Source: Bryobacterales bacterium (GTDB taxonomy: Bacteria > Acidobacteriota > Terriglobia > Bryobacterales > UBA6623). Taken from it: DNA of 64,000 nt. Position numbers and translations under genes: made by a program. The stretch's first letter is position 1, and the number at the start of each line of letters is the position of its first letter. The notes beneath the pieces are model-generated. The model was not told where the DNA came from. It searched no databases and was given only the letters and a program-made list of their open reading frames with translations. Below are positions 8,970 to 20,895 of this stretch, in pieces. The DNA lies in contig OY729427.2 of assembly GCA_963422375.2 (NCBI GenBank), positions 864,001-928,000 on the forward strand. The letters run 5' to 3'.

Positions 8970-10394
8970 CAGCGGTTCTAAATTTAGCCGTCAAGGGGAT
9001 GCGTGAACGTTGTTTCGGAGGATGGAGGATGAGGTGAATAAGTTGACCGAGAGGTTGCGCTCCCGAGGCCGCCCGCGGGAGCGTCGGACGGCGGGCAGGG
9101 CCGTGGCGCGGCCCGCGTCGCGGGTCCGCGGAGTGCCGAGCCCGCGGCCGGACGCACTCCGGCGGTAGCCGGCTGCGACGGTCGGCCGCCCGCCGGACGC
9201 TGCCGGCACGAAACTGCACGGAGTCCAGGCCCCGGCCGCCCGGCCGCCTGGCAGCCCGGAGGCGCGCGTCCGTCGCGCACCGCCGCCAGCAGCGCCGGCC
9301 GGTCCGGGAAGCGGAGCCAGCGCAGCGCGACCTGCAGCTCCCGGAACAGGGCGCGGCGCGTGACCAGCTGGCGCCGGCACTGCCGCCGCAGCGCGCAGAC
9401 GCACTGCACCACGGCGTGGAGCGCGAAGGCGAACGGGTTCGGCACGGCCGGCACGTTGGCCAGCCCTTCCTTGCCGTGCCCGAAGTTGCGCTTGCAGTTG
9501 CGGCCGTGCCGCGCCAGGCAGTTGAAGCCCTCGTTCTCGATCTTCCAGCGCGCCCGGCCGGCCCGCGCGATCCGCTCCGCGTTGTCCGCGGTGACCGCGA
9601 GACCGGTGAAGAAGCTGTTGGCGCAGGTGCGCTTGCCGTCGCGCTCCACGGCGTACTCGAGCCAAGTGCCCCGCAGGGCGTCGCGGCCCTGGCGCAGGGG
9701 CGCCGCGGCCGTCCGGCGGAAACGGTGCCGCTCGGACCGCTTGCCCTTCCCGCGCCGCGGCAGCCAGCCGGTCGAGCGCACCGCGCCGCTCGCCCGCCGG
9801 CTCTCCGGCACCTCGTGCAAGTGCTTGCGGGATCCGGGCTTGCCTACCCGGATGCAGTCCATGCCGGCCGCCGCGGCGGCCTCGCAGAGCGGCTGGCAGC
9901 AGTACAGGTCGTCGCCCGGCAGGACGGGGCGGCAGGACGGACCACTCGCCGTCCAAAGCCGCGAGCAGGCGCTGGAAGGGCGCGAGCGCGCCCTGCGCGG
10001 CCACGGTTTGCAGGCCCGGCCGGAACAGCGAGCCGCACGCGGCCGGGTCGAGGCGGTCGAGCAAGTTGCGGATCCGGTTGTCGCAGGGGATGCGGCCCAC
10101 GCCGAGCAGGGTCGGGCAGTTGGAGCGGGAGCCGTCCCGCTCTATGCGCCGCTGGAACTGGAGGAACGACTCGCACCGGGGGCAGAAGCAGGCCGGGGCG
10201 CAACCGGCGGCGTCCCTGACCGCGTAGCGCGTGTTGCGACGCGCGCGACGGTCGCGCAGGCCGGCGGCCGTCCCGCGGAAGGCGCTCGGGAGCGAGTCCA
10301 GGACATGGGGCATACATCCTGACTCACGAGATCCGCGAGCGAAAGTCACTCGGACACTCTGGAAATCCCAAGATTCCCGAATTGAGGATCGCTG
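8970..10394 (-). mobile_element. ISNCY-like insertion sequence, copy 1 (internal deletion, transposase pseudogene)
   Basis: Imperfect TIRs CAGCGGTTCTAAATTT / GAATTGAGGATCGCTG; motifs GRARWKIENEGFN, NFGHG, IPCDNxIRNLLD; about 270 bp missing relative to copy 2 near 9938; flanks differ so no TSD. Confidence 0.9.
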
Positions 10395-10850
10395 CCGAAT
10401 GCCCATCCCAGTAGGGCCCCTAAGCGTAGCCCAGATCGACGGGCACCGCCTTGGCGGCAAGGCTCGCCCATGACCTTGGGTGGAGGCGCAACTAGTCGCC
10501 ACTGCCGTTGGCATTACGGTGCGAGCTGCCCGGGTTTCACGCCCATTGGATCCCCGCTCCTCTCAACGGAGAGGCATCGGATGCAGCAGGCCCCGAGGGC
10601 CCCGGCCCGCCGCAAGGCACCGAGCCCCCATCGGGTCGCATCTCGCCTCGGCCACGCTAGGACGATTCTCCGACAGGGCGTCAAGACGCAAGCGACACTC
10701 GCTCAGCAGGGTTGCACGGTAACCAGTCAAGCTGCGAGCCCGGGCCGCTCCCGGTCCGAACGAATCCCCCTTCAGCCATACTGGCGGGTTGGCGCCCGGC
10801 GTGCCTGCCGCCTGCGCGTAAACTGGGACCACGTGAGCATCAGTCCGAAA

Positions 10851-11162
10851 ATGACCCCGGGCCCGTCGCTGGCGGGTTTGATCGCGGCCCGCCCGCGAAT
10901 CGTTCTGAGCCAGGTAATCTACCTTCTATTCTGCATCGAAGTCGGGCTGGTCCTGCTGCTGCTGCCGTGGACCCTGCTGTGGGACAACAACTATTTCTTC
11001 AGCCTGCAACCGCAGCACAGCGAGTTCTGGCTGAGCAACCACCTCCGCGGGGCCATTTCCGGCGTGGGGCTGGTCAACCTGTGGCTGGGCCTTGACGAGG
11101 CTATCACAGTCATTCACCGGAAGCGCGAGCGATCCAAGCTCAATGCGTCATCGCGTAGATGA
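10851..11162 (+). CDS. Small hypothetical membrane protein; start uncertain
   Basis: Two hydrophobic segments (LLFCIEVGLVLLLLPW; GAISGVGLVNLWLGL). Confidence 0.65.
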   Translation: MTPGPSLAGLIAARPRIVLSQVIYLLFCIEVGLVLLLLPWTLLWDNNYFFSLQPQHSEFWLSNHLRGAISGVGLVNLWLGLDEAITVIHRKRERSKLNASSRR

Positions 11163-11967
11163 TGTAGTTGATCGCCAGCCTGTACGACATGGCCGTGAAC
11201 CGCTCGGGGTACTCCGGCCAGTCCGCGTGCTCCCACGCATCTCCGAGATCCATGTTGTGGTTGATCAGGACCATGAGCCGCCCGTCGTCGTCGCGAATCC
11301 CCCGCCAGTACGGCACGCGACCGTCCTTCTCGTAGGGCCTGCCGCTGAACAGCATCTGCACGCCCGGAATCTGCTCGCGACTCTCCATGTCGAACAGCAC
11401 GTGGAATACCTCGCTCTCCGGCGCGATGTCCTCGACGGGTCGGTCCGGGAAGAGCCGCCGCACCCCGCGCATGAAGTTCTCCCACTCTTGGCTTCCGTGA
11501 AAGTCGTCGAACATGATGAAGCCACCTCGCAGGAGGTACTCGCGGATGCGCTCGACTTCCGACTCCGTCAGGTCCCAGTGGCCGGCCTCAACGACGTACA
11601 GGAAAGGGAGGTCGAAGAACTCGGGCTCGTCCGGGTGGATGTAGTATTCGGTCGGCCGGGCGTCGATGGCCGAGAGCCGTCGCAGTCCCTGCAGGAAATG
11701 CCGCTCGGCCGCCGGCGAGTCGATCTGCCACGGCCGCGTGTCCAGCCATTGGTCGGAATAGAGATCCGAATAGGCCATGCGCGCTAGGACGAACTCGGCT
11801 GGCTCTTGCGGATCCGGCGGCTCGGGCAGGCCAAGAGGGGGTGCCGACGGCAACGGAACGTCACGATAGGCAATCTGGCCGAACAGGAGCCCGGCGCAGG
11901 CGAGCAGCAGGCGAAACCCGCCGAATGCGCCGCGCGGACCCGTACCAGACATGCACCGCGCGCTCAA
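11140..11967 (-). CDS. DUF4159 domain exported protein
   Basis: [45 protein letters not shown]; overlaps ahcY stop. Confidence 0.85.
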   Translation of the reverse strand: MSARCMSGTGPRGAFGGFRLLLACAGLLFGQIAYRDVPLPSAPPLGLPEPPDPQEPAEFVLARMAYSDLYSDQWLDTRPWQIDSPAAERHFLQGLRRLSAIDARPTEYYIHPDEPEFFDLPFLYVVEAGHWDLTESEVERIREYLLRGGFIMFDDFHGSQEWENFMRGVRRLFPDRPVEDIAPESEVFHVLFDMESREQIPGVQMLFSGRPYEKDGRVPYWRGIRDDDGRLMVLINHNMDLGDAWEHADWPEYPERFTAMSYRLAINYIIYAMTH

Positions 11968-13451
11968 TAGCGGTAGTGCTCCGGCTTGTACGGACCTTCG
12001 ACAGGGATGCCGAGATAGTCCGACTGCTCCGGTGTCAGCTCCGTTAGGTCCACCCCCAGAGCCGGCAAGTGGAGCCGGGCAACCCTCTCGTCGAGGCGCT
12101 TCGGAAGGGTCGCCACCGTGCGCCCGTAGGACTCGGCGCTGCGGTGGAGCTCGATCTGCGCGAGGACCTGGTTGGTGAAGCTGCAGGACATCACGAAACT
12201 GGGATGCCCGGTCGCGTTCCCCAAGTTCAGCAAGCGCCCCTCCGAGAGCACGATCACGGAATGCCCGTCGGGGAAGCGGTACTCGTCCACCTGGGGCTTG
12301 ATGGTCTTGCGGGTCACACCCGGAATCGCGGCGAGGCCGGCCATGTCGATCTCGTTGTCGAAGTGGCCGATGTTCCCCACGACCGCCTGGTGCTTCATCC
12401 GGGCCATGTGGTCAGCGGTGATGACGTGCTTGTTCCCGGTCGCGGTCACGAATATGTCCGCCGTGCCGGAGACGTCGTCGAGCCGACGGACCTCAAAGCC
12501 CTCCATGGCCGCCTGCAGGGCACAGATCGGATCAACCTCTGTGACGATCACCCGGGCACCCTGCCCGCGCACCGACTGCGCGCAACCCTTGCCGACATCG
12601 CCGTACCCGCAGACGACGACCACCTTGCCGCCGATCATGACGTCGGTGCCGCGGTTCAAGCCGTCCAGCAGGGAGTGGCGGCAGCCGTAGAAGTTGTCGA
12701 ACTTCGACTTCGTGACCGAGTCGTTGACGTTGATCGCGGGAAACAGGAGCGACCCGTCTTGCTGGCGCTGGTACAGCCTCCTCACGCCAGTGGTCGTCTC
12801 CTCGGACACGCCGCGAACGCCGGGAGCCAAGTCGCTCCACAGGTTGCCCCCGCGCTCCTGGCGGAGCATGGCCAGCGTCCCGAGAACAATTTCCTCCTCG
12901 CGGGAACCTGCGGTCGCAGGGTCGGGCACCCTGCCAGCCTGCTCGTGCTCGAACCCGAGATGCACCATCAGGGTGGCGTCGCCTCCGTCGTCGAGAATCA
13001 GGTTCGGCCCCTGGCCTCCCGGCCAGAGCAGGGCCTTGGACGTAGCCCACCAGTACTCCTCGAGCGTCTCACCCTTCCACGCGAACACCGGCACTCCCCG
13101 TGGGCGCTCCGGGCTGCCGTCCGGGCCGGCGACGACCGCCGCTGCCGCGTGGTCCTGCGTCGAGAAGATGTTGCAGGACGCCCAGCGCAGGGCGGCGCCG
13201 AGCTGGACAAGCGTCTCGATGAGCACCGCGGTCTGCACCGTCATGTGCAGCGACCCGGTGATGCGGGCGCCTTCGAGCGGACGCATTCCCGCGTACTCGT
13301 CGCGCAGCGCCATGAGACCCGGCATCTCGTGCTCGGCTAGGCGGATTTCGTCGCGGCCGAATTCGGCCAAGGACAGATCTTTGACCTTGAATTCCGCAAG
13401 GCGGGCCGCCCGGTCGGCCGCCGACCGCGGAAACACTTCAGCTAGCGCCAT
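11964..13451 (-). CDS. ahcY: Adenosylhomocysteinase
   Basis: [47 protein letters not shown], terminal HYRY. Confidence 0.98.
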   Translation of the reverse strand: MALAEVFPRSAADRAARLAEFKVKDLSLAEFGRDEIRLAEHEMPGLMALRDEYAGMRPLEGARITGSLHMTVQTAVLIETLVQLGAALRWASCNIFSTQDHAAAAVVAGPDGSPERPRGVPVFAWKGETLEEYWWATSKALLWPGGQGPNLILDDGGDATLMVHLGFEHEQAGRVPDPATAGSREEEIVLGTLAMLRQERGGNLWSDLAPGVRGVSEETTTGVRRLYQRQQDGSLLFPAINVNDSVTKSKFDNFYGCRHSLLDGLNRGTDVMIGGKVVVVCGYGDVGKGCAQSVRGQGARVIVTEVDPICALQAAMEGFEVRRLDDVSGTADIFVTATGNKHVITADHMARMKHQAVVGNIGHFDNEIDMAGLAAIPGVTRKTIKPQVDEYRFPDGHSVIVLSEGRLLNLGNATGHPSFVMSCSFTNQVLAQIELHRSAESYGRTVATLPKRLDERVARLHLPALGVDLTELTPEQSDYLGIPVEGPYKPEHYRY

Positions 13452-13475
13452 CGCACGTCTCCTATCGCCTGCCCG

Positions 13476-14648
<1,173 letters not shown>

Positions 14649-14738
14649 TTCGATTCTCCGATCAGAAAACTGCCGGATTCTGCTGCCCCTTGAGCTAGCG
14701 CGGGCTGCCGGCGGTCCGGAGCGTCCCCGCGTTCGTCG

Positions 14739-15290
14739 CTAGGCCCGGCCGGACTTGATTCCAATCTCCCATTCTTGGGTCCGCGACTGCGTTTTGTCAA
14801 CGCCGCAAAGGGTTTCGACCCGACCCCCCGACCCCGGCCGGCGACGAGCCGCAAAGAAGCCGCGCAAGGCCTCGAGGCACTCCCCCGCGAGCACCCCTTC
14901 CGAGATATCCACCCTGTGATTGAGAAGATCCGAATCCGCGAGCCGGAACTTGCTGCGCACCGCGCCGAAGCGCAAGTCGCGCGCGGCGAACACCAAGCGC
15001 CGGACCCGGGCGGCGACCAGAGCGCCGGCGCACATCGCGCAGGGCTCCAGCGTCGAGTACACCGTCGCCTCGCTTAGCCACCGCTCGCCAAGGCGGCGCG
15101 CCGCCCGCCGCACGGCGACGATCTCCGCGTGTGCGGTAGGGTCGGAGTCGCGGAGCTGGCGGTTCTCGCCGCGGCCCACCACCTCGCCGGCCCGCACCAC
15201 CAAGGCGCCGACGGGCACCTCGCCCGCGCGCTCGGCGCCGAGAGCGAGATCCAAGGCCGCGCGCATGTACCGCTCGTCGTCGGACGGCAC
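14739..15290 (-). CDS. tadA: tRNA adenosine(34) deaminase
   Basis: GEVPVGA, DPTAHAE, TLEPCAMCAGA, LNH; GTG start at 15290 likely. Confidence 0.92.
   Translation of the reverse strand: MPSDDERYMRAALDLALGAERAGEVPVGALVVRAGEVVGRGENRQLRDSDPTAHAEIVAVRRAARRLGERWLSEATVYSTLEPCAMCAGALVAARVRRLVFAARDLRFGAVRSKFRLADSDLLNHRVDISEGVLAGECLEALRGFFAARRRPGSGGRVETLCGVDKTQSRTQEWEIGIKSGRA
14771..14800 (-). promoter_or_regulatory. Putative sigma70 promoter for metK-ahcY
   Basis: Minus strand TTGACA (14800-14795), 18-bp spacer, AAGAAT (14776-14771), about 120 bp upstream of metK. Confidence 0.55.
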
Positions 15291-15291
15291 G

Positions 15292-16275
15292 TCAGTGCCC
15301 GGAGCCGGCGAGACCGAGCCAGTACTCGAGATCGGGGAACACGACCGCCTGCATCTCCGGAGCGTCGACATTCTCCGGCAGCAGCAAGTAGGCCCCGGAG
15401 TCGATGTGGCGCTGCGTCTCCCCGCCCCGCAGGTGCAGGGCCATCTGACGGGTGCTCTCGAACCCCATCTTGAACGGATCCTGGACCACGATCGAGTCGA
15501 TCACGCCGGCGCGCATCTCCCCGACCAGCGTCTCGGAGGCATCGAAGCCCACGATCCGGACCTTGCCGGCGAGCCCGCGCTGCTTCACAGCCTGGACGGT
15601 GCCGTCCACGCTGGACTCGTTGTCGGCGAAGAAACCGGCGAGATCGGGGTGGGCGGTCATGAGGTTCTCGGCCTCGGCCAGCGCCTTGGCGCGATCCGCC
15701 ATGTTGAACTTGACGCCTACGATCTCGATGCCCGGGAACTTCTCCGCGACGGTCTCGACGAAGCCCGCCTCGCGCTTCATGGTAGAGGCGCTGCCGGGCA
15801 TGAAGCCGATCACGCCGACCTTGCCCTTGCCGGCGAGGATCGCGCCCATGCGCTCCGCGGCCATGACACCGCCCTTGTAGTTGTCTGTCACGACGAACGT
15901 AACTATGCGGTCGCTATTGATGGCGGAATCGAAGATCGCGACGGGGATGCCGCTGTCGGCGGCCCGCTCGACGACTGCCACCAGGGCGTCGGCGTCAACC
16001 GGAGCCAGCACGATCCCGTCCACCCGCCTCGTGATGAGGTTCTCGACGATCGCGATCTGGCGCGCCGAGTCGATTTCCATCTGGGGCGCGTTCCAGAGAA
16101 TCTCCAGGTCGAACTCGCGGCCGGCCTTGATCGCCCCCGCGTGAACGGACTGCCAGAAGGTGTGGTTCGTGCCCTTGGGCACGACTCCGACGACCGGCAG
16201 GCCGCTGCCGCCCGCGCATGCCGCCAGCGCCCCGAGGGGCGGGGCCGAGCCGAGGAATTGCCGTCGCGTCAGCAC
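15292..16275 (-). CDS. Sugar ABC-type substrate-binding lipoprotein (RbsB-like)
   Basis: Tat-like TRRQFL and lipobox LAAC; KGTNHTFW, TDNYKGG, VGFD, QDPFKMG. Confidence 0.9.
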   Translation of the reverse strand: MLTRRQFLGSAPPLGALAACAGGSGLPVVGVVPKGTNHTFWQSVHAGAIKAGREFDLEILWNAPQMEIDSARQIAIVENLITRRVDGIVLAPVDADALVAVVERAADSGIPVAIFDSAINSDRIVTFVVTDNYKGGVMAAERMGAILAGKGKVGVIGFMPGSASTMKREAGFVETVAEKFPGIEIVGVKFNMADRAKALAEAENLMTAHPDLAGFFADNESSVDGTVQAVKQRGLAGKVRIVGFDASETLVGEMRAGVIDSIVVQDPFKMGFESTRQMALHLRGGETQRHIDSGAYLLLPENVDAPEMQAVVFPDLEYWLGLAGSGH

Positions 16276-16314
16276 GCCCGCATTATCGCCCAGTCCATCC
16301 GGGCAATCGCTCCG

Positions 16315-16932
16315 TCAGCCGCCCGCGTTGGGTTGCCACAGCGTTTCCGGCTGCCCGGAGCACCGGCAGGCCCAGCGGCTCCACACGAAGAAGGCGTCGG
16401 ACAGCCGGTTCAGGTAGCGCACAGCGAGGTCGCAGGCCGGAGCGGAGCGAGCGAGCGAAACCACCCGGCGCTCGGCCCGCCGGCACACGGCGCGGCACGC
16501 GTGCAGGTCCGCGTTGAGAGCCGAGCCGCCCGGCAGGACGAACGAGCGCAAGGGCTGGAGCTCCCGGTTGGCCGCGTCGATTTCGGCCTCGAGGCACTCC
16601 ACCTGCGCCGGCAGGACGCGGGGCTGGCGCTCGCCGAGGGAGCCGGGGTCCGTGGCGACTTGGGATCCGAGATTGAATAGCTCGTGCTGGATCCGCAGAA
16701 GAGACTGCCCCAAGGGCTCCAAGGCCGGCCAGCGAGCCTGGAGTGCCGCCAAGCTGGCGCGCGCGCGCCCGACGCAGCAGTTGAGTTCGTCGATGGTGCC
16801 GAAGGCCTCGACGCGGGGATCGTCCTTGGCCACCCGCCGACCGTTCGCCAAGCCCGTCTCCCCGGCGTCCCCCGAGCGGGTGTAGACGCGGTTGAGCGCG
16901 ATGCGGGGCTCGCGAAAGGCCGGTGCCGCCAT
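16315..16932 (-). CDS. ATP:cob(I)alamin adenosyltransferase, PduO type
   Basis: VYTRSGDAGET, GTIDELN, FVLPGG, RAVCRRAER, YLNRLSD. Confidence 0.95.
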   Translation of the reverse strand: MAAPAFREPRIALNRVYTRSGDAGETGLANGRRVAKDDPRVEAFGTIDELNCCVGRARASLAALQARWPALEPLGQSLLRIQHELFNLGSQVATDPGSLGERQPRVLPAQVECLEAEIDAANRELQPLRSFVLPGGSALNADLHACRAVCRRAERRVVSLARSAPACDLAVRYLNRLSDAFFVWSRWACRCSGQPETLWQPNAGG

Positions 16933-16974
16933 TTACCTAGATGATACGGCCCGCGGCGGCAGGCCGTGCCGAGG

Positions 16975-17976
16975 TCAGGCCAGCGCTTGCCGGTGGCTTT
17001 CCACGCCGGCCTCGGCCAGCAGATTTCCGGCGGTTCCGTGGAGCGGGTACTCGAGGTTGTACACCACCCGCGCTATGCCCGCGTTAATGATCATCTTGGT
17101 GCAGATCAGGCACGGCGAGCAGATCGAGTACAGGGTGGCCCGGTTGACCGAGATGCCGTGGTAAGCCGCCTGCACGATCGCGTTCTCCTCCGCGTGGCTG
17201 CAAAGGCACTCGTCGAGCCGCGTCCCGCTGTCGGCGAGCTCGTTGCAGCGGGGGCAGCCGCCCTCGTTGCAGTTCGTCACGCCGCGCGGCGTGCCGTTGT
17301 AACCGGTGGAAATGATCCGCCGGTCCTTGACGACCACTGCGGCGACCTTGCGCTTCATGCAGTTGGAGCGAAGGGCCACGATGCCGGCGATCCGCATGAA
17401 GTACTCGTCCCAGCCCGGGCGCGAGGCTCCCATCATCCAGCGCCGGGCGACCTCGGTGACGGCGCCGGCGAGCGCCTCCTTGGTGCCGTCGTTGACGATG
17501 GTCTTATCCGCCTCCGCCCACGTGGCGCGCAGCTGCTGGCTGGCTGCATTCGAGCTCTCCAGCTCGCGCCGTTCCTGGTCTACGAACTCGCGGTACGAGG
17601 AAGGCGCGCGGTCACCGCCCCGCTCGAGCACGCGACGGTACCGCAGCCGGGCCGGAGCGTCGAGATGCAGCAGGCGGAACTCGCCCCACTCGCGCAAGGC
17701 CCGCACTTCGTGCGGCGAGCGGATCGAGTCGACGACGTAGTTCTGATCCGGCCGGAACTTCCGGCCCACGCGCTGGGCGAGCACGGACGGCCCGAAGTCG
17801 GCCCGCAGCCTGTTGCCCTCCGCTATGAGGTTCTCCCGCGTCGGGGAGCGGTCCCCGGCCGCGAGCTCCTCGCGAATCACGTCCGACAGGGAGTGGAACC
17901 GGAAGCCCTTCTTGCGCAGGTGCTCGGCCGCGACCGTCTTGCCCGAACCGTTGGTACCGGTCAGTCCGATAATCAT
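16975..17976 (-). CDS. P-loop kinase-like domain fused to dCMP deaminase
   Basis: MIIGLTGTNGSGKT Walker A, DSIR; C-terminal RPGWDEYF, GYNGTP, HAEENA, PCLIC. Confidence 0.92.
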   Translation of the reverse strand: MIIGLTGTNGSGKTVAAEHLRKKGFRFHSLSDVIREELAAGDRSPTRENLIAEGNRLRADFGPSVLAQRVGRKFRPDQNYVVDSIRSPHEVRALREWGEFRLLHLDAPARLRYRRVLERGGDRAPSSYREFVDQERRELESSNAASQQLRATWAEADKTIVNDGTKEALAGAVTEVARRWMMGASRPGWDEYFMRIAGIVALRSNCMKRKVAAVVVKDRRIISTGYNGTPRGVTNCNEGGCPRCNELADSGTRLDECLCSHAEENAIVQAAYHGISVNRATLYSICSPCLICTKMIINAGIARVVYNLEYPLHGTAGNLLAEAGVESHRQALA

Positions 17977-18298
17977 GGCCGATAGACCACTATCGCAAAG
18001 CACGAGCGCCTGGCCGAAGCGTCCGTTCCGGTCGCGGGCCGGTCCCGTGCCGAGAGCACGGGACTCGGCGGGGCTGGCGGCCCGACCGCCATCTCAATCC
18101 GGGATCCCGCTCCCCGCGCCGCGAGGCTCGAGAAACACCGACGCGACAAGCGCCTCCGAGCGCTGCTGTCATCGACCGTGCCGAGGCTGTAAGATTGAAG
18201 TCAGGCGGAACGTCGGCGATTGCCGAATCGGTCGCCTGCGTGCTTGGAGGCCCCGTGCTGCGCCAGCCCAGCATGAGCAAGACAGGCATGCGTAGACC

Positions 18299-20353
18299 AT
18301 GGACAACTACCTAGCGCTAGCGCCGGTTCTGGGCGCAGTCGGCTTGGCGGGCGCTCTCGTCGGCCTGCTGGCGGTGCGCAGGAACTCACCCGGCAACGCC
18401 CGCATGCAGGGCGTGTCGCGCCTGATCCGGGTTGGCGCGATGGCCTTCCTCCGTCGCGAATACAGCATCCTGGCGATCTTCGTCGCCGCCGTGGCCGGCC
18501 TGATCGCGTGGAAGCTCGGCGCGCCGATGGCGCTGACCTTTGCCGTCGGCGCGCTGTGCTCGATCGCGGCCGGCCTGTGCGGCATGAACGCAGCGACGCT
18601 GGCGAACTCACGCACGAGCGAGGCCGCCCGCACGAGCGGGATCGACGCGGCCCTCACAGTGGCCTTCAGCGGGGGCTCGGTCATGGGCCTCTCCGTGGCA
18701 GGCCTCGGGCTGCTGGGCGTGGGCCTGCTGGCGGTCAGCTTCCCGGATCCGTCGAGCGCCGTCTACCTCAACGGCTTCGCCATGGGGGCGAGCTCGATCG
18801 CGCTGTTCGCGCGCGTCGGCGGGGGCATCTTCACCAAGGCGGCCGACGTCGGCGCCGACCTCGTCGGGAAGGTCGAAGCCGGCATCCCGGAAGACGACCC
18901 GCGCAATCCCGGCGTGATCGCAGACAATGTCGGGGACAACGTCGGGGACGTGGCAGGAATGGGCGCGGACATCTTCGAGTCGTTCGTCGGCTCGATGATC
19001 GCCAGCCTCGCAATCGCGGCAACGCTGCCCGAAGGAGCTCTGGCACAGCTGGCGGGAACACTCGGGGGCGAAGCGCTCCGCTCGTCGCTGATGGCGCTGC
19101 CGCTCGTGCTGTCCTCCGTCGGACTGGTCGCGTCGCTGCTCGGCATCCTGTCGGTGCGCGTGCTGCGGTCGGCCGGGCCCGCGGCCGCGCTGCGGTACTC
19201 GGTGTGGCTGAGTGCCCTGCTATTCCTCGCGGGCGGCTACTTCATCGGCAAGGCCATGGGCGTGGGCGCGGGCGTGTTCGGGGCGGTCGTCTCCGGATGC
19301 CTGGCCGGCGTGGCGATCGGCTACATCACCGAGTACTACACCTCGATGGGCCCGGTTCTCCGCATCGCCGAGGCGTCGCGGATGGGATCGGCCACGAACA
19401 TCATCGAAGGCCTCTCGACCGGCTTCCGCAGCTGCGCGCCGCCAGTGCTGGTGATCTGCGCGGCGATCCACCTCGCCCACGACGCGGCCGGCCTGTACGG
19501 AATCGGGATCGCCGCCGTCGGCATGCTGGCCACCGTCGGCATCACGATGACCGTGGACGCCTACGGCCCGATCGCCGACAACGCCGGAGGCATCTCGGAG
19601 ATGTGCGGCCTGCCCGGCGAAGTACGCTCGATCACCGACCGGCTCGATTCGCTCGGCAACACGACCGCGGCGATGGGGAAGGGCTTCGCCATCGGCTCCG
19701 CGGCCCTGGCGGCCCTGGCGCTGTTCTCGGCCTACACGCAGGCGCTCGACAGCGCCCGGGCGGCCGCCGGGCTGGAACCCATCTCGATCCCGCTCAACGA
19801 CGCGGACGTCGTGATCGGCCTGATGCTGGGAGGGATCCTGCCGTTCCTGATCTCGGCACTCACGATGAAGGCGGTGGGCAGAGCGGCGGGCAAAATCATC
19901 GACGAGATCCGGCGCCAGTTCCGCGAGATCGCCGGCCTCCTCGAGGGCCGCGCCGGCGTCGAGCCGGATGCGGCGCGCTGCGTGGACATCGCGACCGCGG
20001 CCGCGCTCAGGGAAATGATCCTGCCGGGGGTCATCGCGGTGTCGGCACCGGTTCTCGTGGGCGTCGCCCTGGGCCCCGCGGCGCTGGGCGGGACGCTGGC
20101 CGGCGCGACGGTGACCGGAGTCCTGCTGGCCCTGTTCATGGCCAACGCCGGGGGTGCCTGGGACAACGCCAAGAAAGCGATCGAGCAGGGAGCTGTTTCC
20201 GGGGAAAGCAAGGGTTCGGACGGGCACAAGGCGTCGGTGGTGGGCGATACCGTCGGCGACCCGTTCAAGGACACATCCGGGCCGTCAATGAACATACTGA
20301 TCAAGCTGATGTCGATCGTGGCCCTCGTCATCGCCCCGATCATCGCTGTGTAG
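18299..20353 (+). CDS. hppA: Membrane-bound pyrophosphatase, K+-dependent, probably Na+-translocating
   Basis: [45 protein letters not shown] (Ala form, K+-dependent), [10 protein letters not shown]. Confidence 0.95.
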   Translation: MDNYLALAPVLGAVGLAGALVGLLAVRRNSPGNARMQGVSRLIRVGAMAFLRREYSILAIFVAAVAGLIAWKLGAPMALTFAVGALCSIAAGLCGMNAATLANSRTSEAARTSGIDAALTVAFSGGSVMGLSVAGLGLLGVGLLAVSFPDPSSAVYLNGFAMGASSIALFARVGGGIFTKAADVGADLVGKVEAGIPEDDPRNPGVIADNVGDNVGDVAGMGADIFESFVGSMIASLAIAATLPEGALAQLAGTLGGEALRSSLMALPLVLSSVGLVASLLGILSVRVLRSAGPAAALRYSVWLSALLFLAGGYFIGKAMGVGAGVFGAVVSGCLAGVAIGYITEYYTSMGPVLRIAEASRMGSATNIIEGLSTGFRSCAPPVLVICAAIHLAHDAAGLYGIGIAAVGMLATVGITMTVDAYGPIADNAGGISEMCGLPGEVRSITDRLDSLGNTTAAMGKGFAIGSAALAALALFSAYTQALDSARAAAGLEPISIPLNDADVVIGLMLGGILPFLISALTMKAVGRAAGKIIDEIRRQFREIAGLLEGRAGVEPDAARCVDIATAAALREMILPGVIAVSAPVLVGVALGPAALGGTLAGATVTGVLLALFMANAGGAWDNAKKAIEQGAVSGESKGSDGHKASVVGDTVGDPFKDTSGPSMNILIKLMSIVALVIAPIIAV

Positions 20354-20895
20354 GGACGGAATCAACGCCGAAGCGAAGCGTTGCCAAAGCGAGACCGCAC
20401 CGACCGACGGGCCACACGAGAAATCACCGGATCAGGGCAGCGTGAGATTATCACGAGATTCGCAAACCAACTCAACCGCCGTGAAGGGATACGGTGTTTC
20501 CGTCAGCTCCGTCGCGTTGATGTTGGACTATAGCCTGTCCCGACCCCGCTCCGTTTGGCTGGTTTAACATGTCGCACGAATCCGACGGATCGTGAGAATC
20601 GTATGAGACTCCAGAGCCCCCGCCAAGGATCGAGAACGGCTGCTGTGGACGCAGTTGGAGTGTTCGATACCGGATCCAATGGCCCCGGAGATCTGTATTC
20701 TTAGCCGTGACAATGTACTGTGCAAGAGGTCGTCTCCAGTCGATAACACGGGACTCAAGCCTGCGAAAGGGAGACTGAGAGAGTCGAGATTCTGCATCCC
20801 AGGCCTACCGTCGGGAAGACTGGTTTCCGGCAAGTCTGGGATTCTCTCGGGCCCCTTGATGCCGACAATTCTAGTGCAGGGAGACTTCCTTCCGT

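Noticed and set aside
14739..15290. tadA as the cause of the A->G bias in the IS elements
   Set aside because: Looks like an ordinary housekeeping TadA; proximity is not evidence.
20520..20750. Minus-strand GCTATAGTCC resembling a group I intron S element
   Set aside because: No convincing P/Q/R elements and no interrupted host gene.
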